Shown: positions 29,197 through 44,690, counted from the stretch's first letter. The stretch: 64,000 bases of DNA from Octopus vulgaris (GCA_951406725.2 OX597819.1:23808001-23872000); one strand, 5' to 3'. Made by a program: numbers and translations. Notes: a model not told the origin generated them from the letters alone.

Positions 29197-29600
29197 GGCG
29201 CAGGAGTGGCTGTGTGGTAAGTAGCTTGCTAACCAACCACGTGGTTCCGGGTTCAGTCTCACTGCGTGGCATCTTGGGCAAGTGTCTTCTGCTATAGCCC
29301 CGGGCCGACCAATGCCTTGTGAGTGGATTTGGTAGACAGAAACTGAAAGAAGCCTGTCGTATATATGTATATATATATATGTGTATGTGTTTGAGTGTCT
29401 GTGTTTGTCCCCCTAGCATTGCTTGACAACCGATGCTGGTGAGTTTACGTCGCCGTCAATTAGCGGTTCGGCAAAAGAGACCGATAGAATAAGTACTGGG
29501 CTTACAAAGAATAAGTCCCGGGGTCAATTTGCTCGACTAAAGGCGGTGCTCCAGCATGGCCGCAGTCAAAATGACTGAAACAAGTAAAAGAGTAAAGAGT
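29197..29600 (+). mobile_element. SINE family B, full length
   Basis: Head ggcgcaggagtggctgtgtggtaag, internal (TA)/(TG) tract, (aaagagt)n tail. Confidence 0.88.
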
Positions 29601-30233
29601 AAGAGGTCCATTTGTTTTGACTAAACACCTCAAAACGGTGCCCCGTCATGGGCTGCAGTCCAAAAACTGAAACAAATATGAAGACAAAGGTTAAAAAAAT
29701 AAAGATACGGTCGGCTGAATAAGGATTCATTTGAAACTAAACCAAAAAAAGGAAAAAAAGAAAAAAAGCATCAGGACGCTCAAATTTTGTTTGCCTTCCA
29801 TTGTTTATCTCCCTTTTTCCTAAGCCCTATTCCTTTTACCCTCAATTGGTAATGTTTAATAGAACGCACGCTTTTAACTGGGTGTAGATAATCACTCAAA
29901 GAGCGATTATGCGAGCACATTCAAACACTGGCACACCGCCAGAATTTTGACAATTATCTTTTTAATATTAGTTCCATATGCGACACACTGAGTCTATTTT
30001 TGGCTTCATATATTATTACTTTGTTGTATTGTTATTACTGACTAGAGAATTGTATTTATGAAACCTTTTGTTTTTCCTTTTATATACTGGAGCTTTTCAA
30101 CTACTGAAAGTTTTGTTCTTCATCATGATCCGGTCTATTTCATCATGTGAACTTGCGTTCATTTCATTTCCTCTTGAGTTCTTTAATCTGTATCAGTTTT
30201 TTTTTATATATTCAAACTAAAAATAACAAAGCG

Positions 30234-30265
<32 letters not shown>

Positions 30266-30306
30266 ATACACTCATGTATATATATATATGTTTGTGTGAG
30301 TGTGTG

Positions 30307-30337
<31 letters not shown>

Positions 30338-31311
30338 ATGTATGTATGTATGTATGTATGTATGTATGTATGTATGTATGTATGTATGTATGTATAGGTA
30401 TATATGTATAGGTATATATGTATAGGTATATACGAATGCATTGTTCTTTGTCATCCGGCTACACTGAAAAAAAACCTTGAAAATAGAAAATAGCTGCCCC
30501 GGTTTCACCGTTTCGGTGCTTAACTTTGGTCATGAGTTAAACGTCAAAATACAAGGAAAAGTTAGGGGACAGGAGGTGGTAATTAAGTACTGGAAAAATT
30601 CATAACAGTAAAATGTTTATAATGAAAAAAAAAAAAAAAAATTATAAATAAAAATATAAAAAAAAAAAAACCAGGAAAAAAATTCAGTTTTCCTTTGAAT
30701 GGCAAACAACTTTAGTTCACTATGCAGAAGTGGTCTACGTTTAGTCCCAAATTTCGGATCGAATTTGAGTACCAATTTTCTCAGTGCTCTCACGAATCGG
30801 GTTTAGATTCGACCAAATTACAATCCCAAAAACTTAGGCTCAGAAATATGCTTGAAAACATGAAGTTTGTATTTCTTGTTTGAAAACGGGGAGAAAAGGT
30901 GTCTTCTCCGATATCCAACACAACGTCAGTTAGGACAAGGAACTTGGGCTTCTTTTCCATGCATTAGTGACAGTAATTACAGCATCCGTGTCATGATTTA
31001 GCTTTTGTACCAATGTAGAATTAGCTTCTCGTCAGTTTTTCAAAACCCAAATGTATTTCGAAAATATCGTAGCGTTACTCATATTTCTACATCTAATGGA
31101 TGTATATATACATATTGTATATATACATATTGATATATGTGTATGTATATACATATTGATATATGCATATGTGTTCGCACACACACACACTCACACACAT
31201 ATACTCAGACACACTAACACACTCATACACACACACATTCATGCATGCGTATATATAATTTATGCCTGTAATGTCATGTAAGTGTGCATGTTTATCCGAA
31301 AAGAAACGTTG

Positions 31312-31381
<70 letters not shown>

Positions 31382-31434
31382 AAATCTATTTGCCAACGTA
31401 AGTTAGGACGATGTTAATACCTTTTGCTATGAGG

Positions 31435-31505
31435 ATCACACTGACGAGTTGCGGACATCTACGTAAGTGATTACGTAAGTCGTAACAACGAAACTGGTTT
31501 GTGAT
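31435..31505 (+). ncRNA. Type I hammerhead ribozyme motif
   Basis: atcaca-CTGACGA-gttg...caac-GAAAC-tg-GTT-tgtgat: 6 bp stem I, extended stem II, minimal stem III. Confidence 0.75.
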
Positions 31506-31782
31506 TAATCTGTATATTTTGTATCTTTTCATTTGTCTTGTTCGCTTACGTTCTGGCGTTTGCTGAATTTTCTTGAGAAAATACTTTTCTAAGTGGTAAG
31601 ACCATAAGGGTTGACTTCTAGCATAATGGATGTCCACTTAGTGGTCATCCCACTTATATGCATGTAATATAATATTTCTCAATCTTCAGATTTCTCTATA
31701 TGCTAGACCACTGGTTTTAAATTGATATTAATCAAATAAATATTCTATTTTTCACCCTTATTATTTTAAATTTATATATATA

Positions 31783-32168
31783 CTAGCAGTATCGCCCGGC
31801 GTTGCTCGGGTTTGTAAGGGAAATAACTATATAAGAATTTTTAGAGATGTAAAGTATAATATCCATCACAATATGGCTAACCACAAAGGGGGGGGAGTGT
31901 TACTGTAGCTTTTACGTTCTGAGATTTAATAATAAATTTTTAGAGAGTTACTTCCCAAAAATGCATTAAAATGGGAAAAATTGATGGTTAATTTTTTTTA
32001 AAATCGTAGACTCATCGTAGACGCGCGCTAATACCCAGAAGTGCTCGATATGAATCACGACTATAAGATACCCAGTTTTGGTTAAACTGCACCGCAAAAT
32101 GTGGGAGTAGTTAGGAATCTAAATCGTAGGAGACAGACAGCACACAACCTTACTTTTATATATAAAGA
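31783..32168 (-). mobile_element. Non-autonomous Helitron
   Basis: Minus strand starts TC and ends with hairpin cccgagcaacgccggg plus CTAG; its central segment differs from the other two copies. Confidence 0.8.
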
Positions 32169-32171
32169 TAT

Positions 32172-32227
<56 letters not shown>

Positions 32228-32440
32228 AGAGAGAGAGAGAGAGAAACAAGAAAACGGCTACATGGCCGCGCGGCATGCTAGGAACAGCTTCTAAATATTC
32301 TCGATTCACATTCCAGTTCTTGAAAACATAATAAAGATATAAACAATTCCAAAACGAAGAAGACAAGATGATGGAAGGCCATTTATTATCAAATGACGCT
32401 GCTCAATAGAAACCGACTTAAGGTTAGCCAACAACACATC

Positions 32441-32667
32441 TATTACTCTTTACTCTTTTACTCTTTTACTTGTTTCAGTCATTTGACTGCGGCCATGCTG
32501 GAGCACCGCCTTTAGTCGACCAAATCGACCCCGGGACTTATTCTTTGTAAGCCCAGTACTTATTCCATTGGTCTTTTTTGCCGAACCGCTTGGTGACGTG
32601 GACGTAAACACACCAGCATCGGTTGTCAAGCAATGCTAGGGGGACAAAGACAGACACACAAACACAT

Positions 32668-32700
<33 letters not shown>

Positions 32701-32871
32701 CATATATACGACAGGCTTCTTTCAGTTTCCGTCTATCAAAGCCACTCACAAGGCATTAGCCAGCCCGAAGCTATAGCAGAAGACACTTGCCCAAGATGCC
32801 ACCCAGTGGGACTGAACCTGGAACCATGTGGTTGGTTATCAAGCTGCTTACCACACAGCCACTCCTGCGCC
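32441..32871 (-). mobile_element. SINE family B
   Basis: Reverse complement of 29197-29600. Confidence 0.88.
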
Positions 32872-33237
32872 TTAGCGTATCTTAACAATATATCATACTC
32901 ATCCTACTTAGCGTATCTTAACCATATATCTTAGTTACATCTTAGTTACATTCTAACTTTTCAGCATCCGTATCCAATCTGTTCTGATCCTTTGAGATTA
33001 ATCAGTCAAACAAATACTGCTACAGTGACAGCATTGTTTTCTTCGCAAAGATACACATACTTCCCTGGCTAATGAATATCTTGATTTCCACCATATTTTC
33101 TCCTTTGTTTTATTTATTTGTATGTTGATATACACGTTTCTTTTTGCCTGTTTTTTTCTCTATAGTTCTTACATCTCCCAGCCACACATACGTATATTTA
33201 CATAAACACACATACAAACACATGTATATATATACAT

Positions 33238-33308
<71 letters not shown>

Positions 33309-33323
33309 AATTTTTATCTTTTC

Positions 33324-33365
33324 AATTCTTGAAAAGTCACTTTATGACGAAAACCGGTTTGAATT
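33324..33365 (+). ncRNA. Degenerate hammerhead motif
   Basis: aattc-TTGAAAA-gtca cttta tgac-GAAA-accggt-TT-gaatt: stems intact, CUGANGA box mutated. Confidence 0.45.
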
Positions 33366-33514
33366 AATATATATATATTTTATCAATTTTTCAAAATTTT
33401 CCATACACCCATTTTCATAAAAATTTTTTTTTCAATTTAGCATTCTACCTTTTAAAAATTTTTCCTTGCCTATCATTTCTCCACGTGCGGTCAACACAAC
33501 CCCACCATTTATTG

Positions 33515-33603
<89 letters not shown>

Positions 33604-33617
33604 GTATGTATATACGT

Positions 33618-33656
<39 letters not shown>

Positions 33657-33658
<2 letters not shown>

Positions 33659-34060
33659 CGCAGGTGTGACTTTGTAGTATGAAGGTTACTTCCCAACCAC
33701 ATGGTTCCGGGTTCAGTGCCATTGCGTGACATCTTGGGCAGGTGTCTTCTACTATAGCCTCGGGCCAACCAAAGCCTTGTGAGTGGATTTGGTAGACGGA
33801 CACTGAAAGAAGCCTGTCGTATATGTATATATTTATGTGCATGTCTATGTTTGTCCTCCCCCATCACCGTTTGAGAACCGGTGTTGGTGTTTTTACGTTC
33901 CCGTTACTTGGGCGTTCGGCAAAAGAGACTGATAGTATAAGTACCAGGCTTATGAAGGATACGTCTTGGGGTTGATTTATTCGACTATAAAACCCTATAA
34001 AGCGGTGCTCCAGCATGGTCGCTGTCAAATGATTGAAACAAGTAAAAGAATAAAAGAATA
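33657..34060 (+). mobile_element. SINE family B (diverged)
   Basis: Colinear with 29197-29600. Confidence 0.8.
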
Positions 34061-34108
34061 TGCATATATATATGAAGAGAGAGAAAGAGAGAGATGTCTA
34101 TCTAGCTA

Positions 34109-34144
<36 letters not shown>

Positions 34145-34161
34145 TCTAACTATCTATCTAC

Positions 34162-34337
<176 letters not shown>

Positions 34338-35397
34338 ATATATATATATATATATCTAGCCATTTATAAAAGGACCAATGGTCCTTACCGAGTCATAGGA
34401 TCTGTTTCCCGGATTTTGTGTCATATGTATTCCCTCCACCGGATGGCATATTAGTCTGTCTCAGAACTACTCACTTTTGCCACGTGTGTGGACTGGAGTA
34501 ACGTGAAAAGGATGATTTACTGAAGAACACAACACACCACCCGGTCCAAGAATCGAATGGTTGAACTTAGGGGCTAGCGATCCTAAGCCCGACAGCTGAA
34601 CCATTCAACCACGCACTTTCATTTATAAATGAAGTATGCTGAAGCAATTTTAACTGGCAAAGTTTGTTTTATTGAAAGCTACGAGTTGTTATTTTTTAGG
34701 TTTATATTTCTATATTAATTTTTTGTTTCTGGTGTTTATACTTAATCCATCCTTGAGCGGGCAAACGTAGGATCAAAAAACATTACAGCGATGATCACAA
34801 TGATCACACCTCTTTTTCATTTTTTTTTCGTCAAACAACGCCAATCCCGCTCAACATTATGAAATGTAAGCCATGTTTTTTATGACAACTTCTTCGAAGA
34901 ACAACCGAACCTCTACGACTTTTCACAAAATGTTTCTGTAGTCTGACTATTTTGTTATTCATATCTGGTGTACTGGGGATTTACGAACAGGTGTAACTAA
35001 TGTTTATGCATGAATATTTCAATTTCCACCCCTATCATTAATTTGCTACTATATGCTTTCCATATATAATTTAAATGGATTTCATCTGCTTCATGACACA
35101 ACACCTACGTGTTCTGTCACTACAGCTAGTTTAAAACAACAAAACGCTCTACAAAATGTTTACGCGTCTCAATATGCGTTCTCTATCATTAATACATTTC
35201 TTAAATTATTCATTTCCTTATGATTCTATATTGTCACATCTGATGGATGAGGGATTATATATTTGTCATGTCCATGTTTAAAATATCACATACACTACAT
35301 CTCGTCTTCCGTCACCTTTCATCCCATCACATTTTTCTATCACATTTCTCTATCACACTTCTTTGTACTTACGTCCCTGTCATATAGCAGCTCAGTG

Positions 35398-35732
35398 GAG
35401 GCGCAATGGCCCAGTGGTTAGGGCAGCAGACTCGCGGTCATAGGATCGCGGTTTCAATTCCCAGACCGGGCGTTGTGAGTGTTTATTGAGCGAAAACACT
35501 TAAAGCTCCACGAGGCTCCGACAGGGGATGGTGGTGATCCCTGCTGTACTCTTTCACCACAACTTTCTCTCACTCTTACTTCCTGTTTCTGTTGTACCTG
35601 TATTTCAAAGGGCCGGCCTTGTCACTCTCTGTGTCACGCTGAATATCCCCGAGAACTACGTTAAGGGTACACGTGTCTGTGGAGTGCTCAGCCACTTACA
35701 CGTTAATTTCACGAGCAGGCTGTTTCGTTGAT
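35398..35732 (+). mobile_element. SINE family A (tRNA-Arg-like head H1), 3' truncated
   Basis: ggaggcgcaatggcccagtggttagggcagcagactcgcggtc...; near-identical to 44785-45166. Confidence 0.88.
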
Positions 35733-36126
35733 TCCTGGAGTCGATGCATTCGAAAAAAGGTCTTCCATGAAGTGCCCAAACATGGCCAGAGTCTAATGGC
35801 TGAAACAAGTAAAAGACAGAAAAAAATATATCTGTAGACAACCAAAGGGATTCAAAGAAAAATGACCTTTATTAAATAAGCATTTCATTTCAGAAATTTC
35901 TTCCTCTCCTCTTTCACTTCTTCTCACTCACTTTCTCGTTCTTTATTTCTTCCTTTCTTTCTTTTTTTCTTTTTGTTCGGACAGTATTTGAGGAATGGTG
36001 TGTGTCGTTGTGATCTGGGTTGTTTCGATAAAATCCTTCAAAATCAATCACTCATGTATATATATATGTGTATGTGTGTGTATTATATATATACACACAC
36101 ATATACTTATATCTATATACATACAT

Positions 36127-36174
<48 letters not shown>

Positions 36175-36179
36175 ATCTA

Positions 36180-36264
<85 letters not shown>

Positions 36265-36316
36265 TTATCTATCTATCTATTTATCTATCTATCTGCCTGT
36301 CTGTCTGTCTGTCTGC

Positions 36317-36426
<110 letters not shown>

Positions 36427-36667
36427 ATATATATATATATATATATATAAACGGACAGTCAGACAAACAAATAGAGATGGAAGAGAGAGAGAGAGTGAGC
36501 GATAAAACATAAGCTTGCTAATACGTTGACCCTTTCTCAAGCTATCATGGATTTCTATTGGTGTCATTGCTTTAATTGATGCTAATTGTTTAACAAAACG
36601 AGCGAGGGATGTAGATGAACGTACAAACACAAACACACAAACACACAATATATATATATATACATAT

Positions 36668-36764
<97 letters not shown>

Positions 36765-36941
36765 TACGCATACATATAAAAACTCATAGATATATGCATG
36801 TGTGTGTGTGTGATATGAGATATGAGCTGACATGCTTCGCCCCTTCTTAGGTTGCAATACTGTCGAGTTGATAACATTACATTAATACAGCCAATTAAGC
36901 TACATCTGGGTTTTGTTAGAGCCTTACTATTCCACACATTC

Positions 36942-36973
<32 letters not shown>

Positions 36974-37056
36974 GAAGCGCGCACGATCGCACACATGATT
37001 ACGCATGTCTTGCACATACACAAACGTACAAACACATACAGATGCACGCACACACA

Positions 37057-37105
<49 letters not shown>

Positions 37106-37143
37106 TCACCCGAACACATAAGCATATATAAATCTCTCTCTCT

Positions 37144-37183
<40 letters not shown>

Positions 37184-37541
37184 TCATTTGTCGATGACGT
37201 GTGTTCGATTCCTGGATGGCACTCTTTGTCTTTGAGTGAAACACTTCATTTCCTATTGCTCCACACAAAAGAAAATTAGTGGATTCGCTAAGTATAAGTC
37301 CAAAATACAGCAAGCGTAAGGTGCCAACGGCTTTCGCTGGCTACAGTAAATTCAATTTTCATACCAAATATATGGGAATAACTAATCAGGAGGTTAAAAC
37401 AAACATAGGTACTGGATTCCATTAGGTGGCCACTTGGCAAAATCCGTGTAACGACAAGAAAGAAACTGATAGAAAAATATAGAATCTGCTTTCAATCCTT
37501 GCTTAGAATCTGGGAAATTATATACTCTTTTACTTGTATAT

Positions 37542-38140
37542 AAGGCGGCGAGCTGGCAGAATCGTTAGCACGACGGACGAAATGCTTAGCGGCATTTCGT
37601 CTGTCGCTACGTTCTGAGTTCAAATTCCGCCGGGGTCGACTTTGCCTTTCATCCTTTCGCGGTCGATTAAATAAGTACCAGTTACGCACTGGGGCCGATG
37701 TTATGAACTTAATCTGTTTGTCTGTCCTTGTTTGTCCTCTCTGTGTGTAGCCCCTTGTGGGTAGTAAAGAAATAGGCATTTCGTCTGCTGCTACGTTCTG
37801 AGTTCAAATTCCTCCGAGGTCGACTTTGCCTTTCATCCTTTCGGGGTCGATTAAATAAGTACCAGTTACGCACTGGGGTCGATATAATCGACTTAATCCG
37901 TTTGTCTGTCCTTGTTTGTCCTCTCTGCGTTTAGCCCCTTGTGGGTAGTAAAGAAATAGGCATTTCGTCTTGCGTTACGTTATGAGTTCAAACTCCGCCA
38001 AGGTCGACTTTGCCTTTCATCTTTTCGGGGTCGTTTAAATAAGTACCAGTTACACACTGGGGTCGATGTAATCGACTGAAATCCTTTGTGTGTCCTTGTT
38101 TCTCCCCTCTATGTTTAGTCCCCTGTGGGCAATACAGAAA
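37542..38140 (+). mobile_element. SINE family C: one head and three tandem 184 bp units
   Basis: Units start at 37592, 37776 and 37960. Confidence 0.85.
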
Positions 38141-38167
38141 TATATATATAGTCTTTTACTTGTTCAG

Positions 38168-38216
<49 letters not shown>

Positions 38217-39621
38217 TGTGTGTGTATTTGTGTGTCTGTGTTTGTCCTCCCACCATCGCTTGACAACCGATATTACTGTGTTTACGTACCCATAAATTAG
38301 CGGTTCGTCGAAAACGACTGATAGAATAAGTACTAGACTTACAAAGAATAAGTCCCGGGGTTGATTTGTTCGACTAAAGGCGGTGCTCCAGCATGACCTT
38401 AGTCAAATGACTGAAACAAGTAAAAGATATGTATATGGGGGTGGGGAGAGAACACGATTTGGAATGAAAGACTAAGTTAACCTCGAGTGTATTTGAACTT
38501 AAAGCATATTATAAAACCAACAAATTAAGTTCTAATATTTCTGACAGATAGTTGGTTTCTAGACTCAGCTATCTTGCGCGCCTAAGCGTACTTTAATTCT
38601 TACTGTTATTTATTATCTTGGTTTTATAACTAAATTCTCTTGATGTCAGAACTTGTTGATTTAAATATCTATAAATCTCACAGGAATAAAATTAAAAGTA
38701 ATATGAGATGCTTCGTTAATCAAATAAATGTTAATGAGTTTTTGATGTTTTACATTTTTAAAAATAAATCTTAGCCGACCACGTAAAAGAATAATTAAGA
38801 AATAGAATATATCTTCTTAACAACCTAACCCCTTTTCAACCTGATACAGGCAAAATCCTTAGTTCACACCTCCACCCCTCATACACTAAACTACGCCCCC
38901 ACACATTCACAAATATGCAAGCACATGTATATATGAATATGTATGCATATACATGTATATGTGTGTATATGGAGATAAGCAAATTAAACAAATCAATATA
39001 TGAAGTTTATTAAATACATGAAATACAAAATATGTATATATGTATACATGTAAAAAGCACATTTGTACACAGAGTACAAATGATATAGAAAATTAAAGGT
39101 GTGGAAGAAAATTATTACAAATTAAACAACGGTTTCTGGGTGGAGATTGTCGGCGATCCATAATAACGTTTGTAGATTAATTCCATCAGATTCAGCCATT
39201 CCATCTCTGAACTTCTCTGCTTTAGGATCTCAAATGTAAGATCTCTTCCCTGAAGACGAAGGCTCGTCTCATCCTCTGATGAAATTAATCTATTATGGAT
39301 CGTTGAGAATGTATCTGTGTCTGTCTGTCCGTATGCGTGTATCGCTGAAACTCGAAAACTACCCAACCGATTTCATTCAAATTTTACACATGACTTACTT
39401 AGGGTCCATGCAGTATCATGGGCAAGAAAAAAAATGTCAACCTCTTGTCTCATGCAAACCCGGAGCAATCTCTTATCTCTTACAATATTTCAGTATTACG
39501 TGGCAAAAGTGAAACAATGACATCTCTATTGTAATGTGAGATAACATTTTTAATAGTTTCACAATTAATACTTTCCTTATGTATATATATATTAGTTTCA
39601 CTATGTATTTGTATACAAGTT

Positions 39622-39676
<55 letters not shown>

Positions 39677-39769
39677 TTATATATATATACATATATATAT
39701 ACATATATATATATATGCATATATATATATATGCATATATACATATATATATGTTTATATTTATATCAT

Positions 39770-39823
<54 letters not shown>

Positions 39824-39903
39824 GGTATGAATATATATGTGTATATATATATATATGCATGTATATATGTATATATATATATACATCTATATATAAATAT
39901 ATG

Positions 39904-39934
<31 letters not shown>

Positions 39935-40305
39935 GTGTGTGTGTGTGTGTATAAAAAGATAATAGAGTTAGAGGTTAGAATAACCGTCTAAGGGATAAAA
40001 ATATCCGTTATACTACCAGTATAATTACCTATGTTAACCCTGGGCATACATATGCAAGCATATTATGCTCATAGATTACAGACAGAGACAAAGTCAAACA
40101 AGAGTTTATCAGGAATCAAATCTAAAGTAAACAAAAAATGGATAAATATTGATCAATAATAATTGACCAACATCAATTAAATTTTTATCAAAAAGTAATG
40201 ATTGATGTTAATCAATTGTTGTTAATCAATATTTCTCCATTTTCTATTTACATTAAATTTATTTATGTATATATATATTTATGTATGTATATGTATGTAT
40301 ACATA

Positions 40306-40355
<50 letters not shown>

Positions 40356-40686
40356 TATATATGTATATACATCTTTATGTATGTATATTTATGTATATAT
40401 ATATATATATGTATATATAAGTAAATATATATGTATATACATATTTATGTATGTATAATAGAAATATTAAAATTACTAAGTCTCTCTAAAAGAGAACAGC
40501 GGCAGCGTTCCCGGAAAATAATAGTTATCGCCATACTAATATGGCATTCTTATAAAAATAAGAATAAAGCTGTCCGCTTATTAGCTCCATGAGGCCATCG
40601 CCTTAAGTTAGCTATTTGATACACAAACTGTATCCATATAACCTTCGAACAAGGGAGGTCAGTCGCTCCACACTACTTGACCGGCA

Positions 40687-40728
40687 GCTACAGACGCGTT
40701 TCGGGGTATTGCCCCTTTTCAATGCAGC
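40687..40728 (-). ncRNA. Degenerate minimal hammerhead motif
   Basis: Minus strand reads gctgca-TTGAAAA-gggg caata cccc-GAAAC-gc-GTC-tgtagc, with palindromic acgcgt; core box mutated. Confidence 0.55.
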
Positions 40729-40839
40729 GTAGCCAGCCAGTAGGCAACTTTTTGCTAAACCCTTAACTATATTTATAATTATAAAAAAAACTTTTTGTAT
40801 AAGTTTTTACCGATAATGGTTTTTTTCCATACCGTAGCT

Positions 40840-41055
40840 AATTGGTAAAAGTTGAGAGAAGAATGGAGTAAAATTGTACCTAGCACCTGCAAGAAACTAG
40901 TCGATTCAATGCCTAGCCGTATAAAAGCGGTACTTGATGCTAAAGGAGGGTCAACCAGATATTAAAACTGTATATTGTGAAATATACCATAGCCTACCAT
41001 GTGCATTAACATTGAGATAGCAGAACCTCAAAAGATTGGGGTGGCCAACACTGTG

Positions 41056-41062
<7 letters not shown>
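40840..41062 (+). mobile_element. Tc1-family transposon 3' fragment
   Basis: Translates KLREEWSKIVPSTCKKLVDSMPSRIKAVLDAKGGSTRY* (stop at 40965), a typical Tc1 transposase C-terminus; TIR-like sequence follows. Confidence 0.8.
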
Positions 41063-41106
<44 letters not shown>

Positions 41107-41611
41107 AAAACCAAAATGGTTTTAATTTTTCGTCTTGAAGAGTTCGGTTAACGAACGAAAGCGCAAATAAACAATTATCCAAAATTCTGACTGCCTCCTT
41201 TTTCTCAATACACAATATCTGTACACTACTTCAAACACTCTATACATACATAGACGCGTGCGCGCGCGCGCACACACGCAAACACAAGCATACGCGCACT
41301 CACACGCAGAGACACACATATAGGTAGGAGTAAAAAATTGACTAAGGAACGTGGGAAAAACACAGTCAAGATGTGGACATGTTCATCCGTTGTGAGTGTT
41401 TATTGAGCTCCGGCAGTGGGTGGTGGTGATCCCTGCTGTACTCTTTCGCCACAACTTTCTCTCACTCTTTCTTCTGTTGGTTTGCTCGCTTAGCCGGCGG
41501 GAGGCTTCATTTGAAGGCTAAAACAATGCGAAGCGCATTGTGACCAGCGATGTGTAGCAACATCTGATAGCCTGGTCGGTCACGGTGATCACGGTGATAT
41601 ATGTATGTATG

Positions 41612-41645
<34 letters not shown>

Positions 41646-42958
41646 TGTATGTATGTATATCAAAGCACCAAAGGTCCTTCCTGAACCATAAGCTCGTATG
41701 GTCAGTTTCTCGGATTCTGTGTTGTAAATATAAACCCCACCGCTGAGTGGAAACCGGTCCGACGCAAGGTTACTCACTTTTGCCAGCTAAGAAGACTGAA
41801 GCAACGTAAAATGGAGCGTTTTGCTCAAAAACTCACTCAACACTTCTCACGATCCAGGAGTCGAAACCGCTATCTTACGATCATGAGTGCCACAACCTAA
41901 CCACTAATTTATAGGCACACACGCGCACACACACGAACACACATACACACATGTCTGTGTCTGACTTTGGTATTCGTGTTTTATCACCTTGTTTTGCACC
42001 AATGTATTCCCATCTCTCTTTTTCTCTCTCTCTAAATATATACATATTCGTGTGTGTCTGTGTGTTTGTATGAGCGTTCGCATGTGTTTATATACATAAC
42101 TTAGTTACACACAAGCGCACAAAACATATAATGAGATTTAGACAAAATCAGAAGTGAAACGGCGGGAAGCATGTTAGCAATTAAGATTTTAAGCTGGCGA
42201 GTATTAATCGGTTTTAAGTTCTGTGTAATATAAGATTTGTTCTTCGCACCGAAAATATATGCCCCCTGTCAAGAGACAAACTGTTAATGGTTGATTTCTT
42301 TAAAGTAAATAAGTAAATAGGTAATTAAGAATGTACACAGACATACGCGCGCGCACACACACAGTGTGTATTTCGCCTGAGAAATAACACACAAATAGAT
42401 CAGTAGCAGACGAAAATCGCCCAGTAGTGGTATTGTTGGACGCGCATTTCTGCCATTTTACGCTTCGTCAGTGGTACGTACTCACCGGCAAGCAATTCCT
42501 AAGACGAAATCCGTCGTTACTGATATAGGAAAACGGTGATTGTAAAAATCATTGATGATGCAATTAACCGGTCGGCTGAATAAAATTTCTTTTTGTTCAA
42601 CAGAAGCAGTAATAGATACAAATAGCAATCAGTTTAATACTTAATGCAGATACATCACGGTATCTGCGGAATTCGTCCTGAGATAGTGTCTTTTATTGAC
42701 GTACTGTGTTAAATAACAAAAAATATCAGAAGTAGACGAAAATCATCTAGAAAAGTTGAGAGTATTACTACATGTACATTCCTGCCTCTTTAGATTTCGT
42801 TGAGATTTTCTCATCATTCCATGGTGAACTTAGATTTTCGATAACTGTCGAATCGTTGACACGTAGAAGGGGGAACAGATTGTTGCAATATAATTCAAAG
42901 CTTCGGGGTTAATTACTCTGGAATTAACAATTAGTGGGGAAAATTGTTGATCGGTTTA

Positions 42959-43290
42959 TGTTGTGAAGCGATCCATTATCACTTTTGTATCTGTCTTTTG
43001 AAGACGGTTGTCGCTCTGAAATGATATTGTTATATTCCAAATTTGTCGACAAGAATGTTCCATCTGGCACTGTACGACCCTCAGTCGTACAGTGTTATTA
43101 GCCTCAACAGGTTGAATCGTTATAACGTCCACTCAGTATCACAGTATATTTTCTATATCAGCACAGACACGACTATCAACACAGTCTACACGTACTCTCG
43201 ACCTTCTGACCTTCTCCTGTCGACCGTCTACTGGTCTATTTATAATGGCTGGTTACTACCGGGTGGGGTGTTCAGTTTCACTATACAACA
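42959..43290 (-). repeat. 3' LTR
   Basis: TGTTGT...ACAACA termini; polypurine tract aaagaggaga (43291-43300, minus) immediately upstream. Confidence 0.88.
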
Positions 43291-43363
43291 TCTCCTCTTT
43301 TAATTTCTTTATTTAACAATCAATTTATTCTATTCACCCCACCTCCTTTATATATATAAATAT

Positions 43364-43417
<54 letters not shown>

Positions 43418-43688
43418 TCAATATCTTTTCTTCTTAGGGTCTACTTTTGGGAGTTCAGTGTTCTTCCTTTTCTTGTACGTGTGGCGTCGACTTCTTGTAA
43501 CCTGAAAAGTGTCATATAGTCAATCCATCGGTATTTCTACTCTTGTTGGTTCCTATGACTCTTTCCTTATGCTGGTTTCTACGTCACCTTTCCATACCAT
43601 TTCTGCTTCTTACATCATACATCATTTATTCCTATGTATGTTACAATTTCTCTTTCTTCTCAGTATTGCTTGCCATTTTTGTACATTC

Positions 43689-44690
43689 TTACATATACCT
43701 TATCACCAATTCTAAAGAATTTTGGCATGTCTTTATTAGCATGTAATTTTTCTTCACTGGTAACAGTTTATCGAATACTGACTTTACCTTTCTGACAAAC
43801 ATTAATTCTGCTGGTGAACTTCCTTCCGGCGCATTTGGGTTCGGATTTACCCTGTATACCTTTACGAATTGTTGGATCGCAACCTCGTCCGTGGCTTCCT
43901 CGTTAGCTTTCTTTAAAGCTCTCTTTAAAGTGTCCACGAACCGTTCGGCCCTTCCATTCGATCCAGGGTGATATGGTGCTAACGTTTTATGTTCTAACGT
44001 AAACATGTCACAGAATTTTTTAAACTCACAGGATACAAACTGTGTTCTGTTATCAGAGACAATTATATTCGGTACACCAAATCTTGCGAACAGCTCGTGT
44101 AAGAAGTTTTTTTACTGTATATGAGGTTGGTCGTTTACACCTCGCGACCTCAGGCCATTTTTTGTAGCTGTCCACTACTATTAAGTAATAATATCCATTT
44201 ACCGGGCCTGCAAAATCGATATGCAATCAGGACCATGGTATTTTCACTTCCGGCCAAGATTCACATTTTGTAGTAGGTAGCTTCGCTGTTAGCGCATATC
44301 CTCTGCTTTCATCTTCCTTGTCCATGCTTGGCAAGTATACGAAACTTCGCACCAGTACTTTCATTCTAGAGATGCCTGGATGTCCCACATGGAACTCTTT
44401 TAGCATTCTCTTCTGTAATGTCTGTGGTATGACGACCCTCGAAGCGTACATTAGTACACCATCACATATAGGCGGTTCTTTGCATCAGAGCTTTATTTCC
44501 TTTTGTCGACCACAGTTTTTTTTTGCCTCATTAATAAATTTGTCATTTCTCGCATTTCTTCTTATTTATTACAAAGTGACTGGTAGTTCACGCACGATGT
44601 TCCACATCCGTTTTTGTTTCTGCTTCTACTCTTAGTGCTGCTATTACGGTGTCCCCCAGCGGTTCGTTATTTCTCGGAATTAGCCTAGAC
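43689..44690 (-). pseudogene. Gypsy integrase remnant
   Basis: RVVIPQTLQKRMLKEFHVGHPG, IDFAGP, SDNRTQF and PYHPGSNGRAERFVDTLKR across frameshifts. Confidence 0.88.

Noticed and set aside
35398-35470. Possible tRNA-Arg gene
   Set aside because: It is the tRNA-derived head of a multi-copy SINE and continues into the SINE body.
42436-42475. HHR core on the minus strand (CTGACGA...GAAATGCGCGTC)
   Set aside because: No stem I pairing found; at best a decayed motif.
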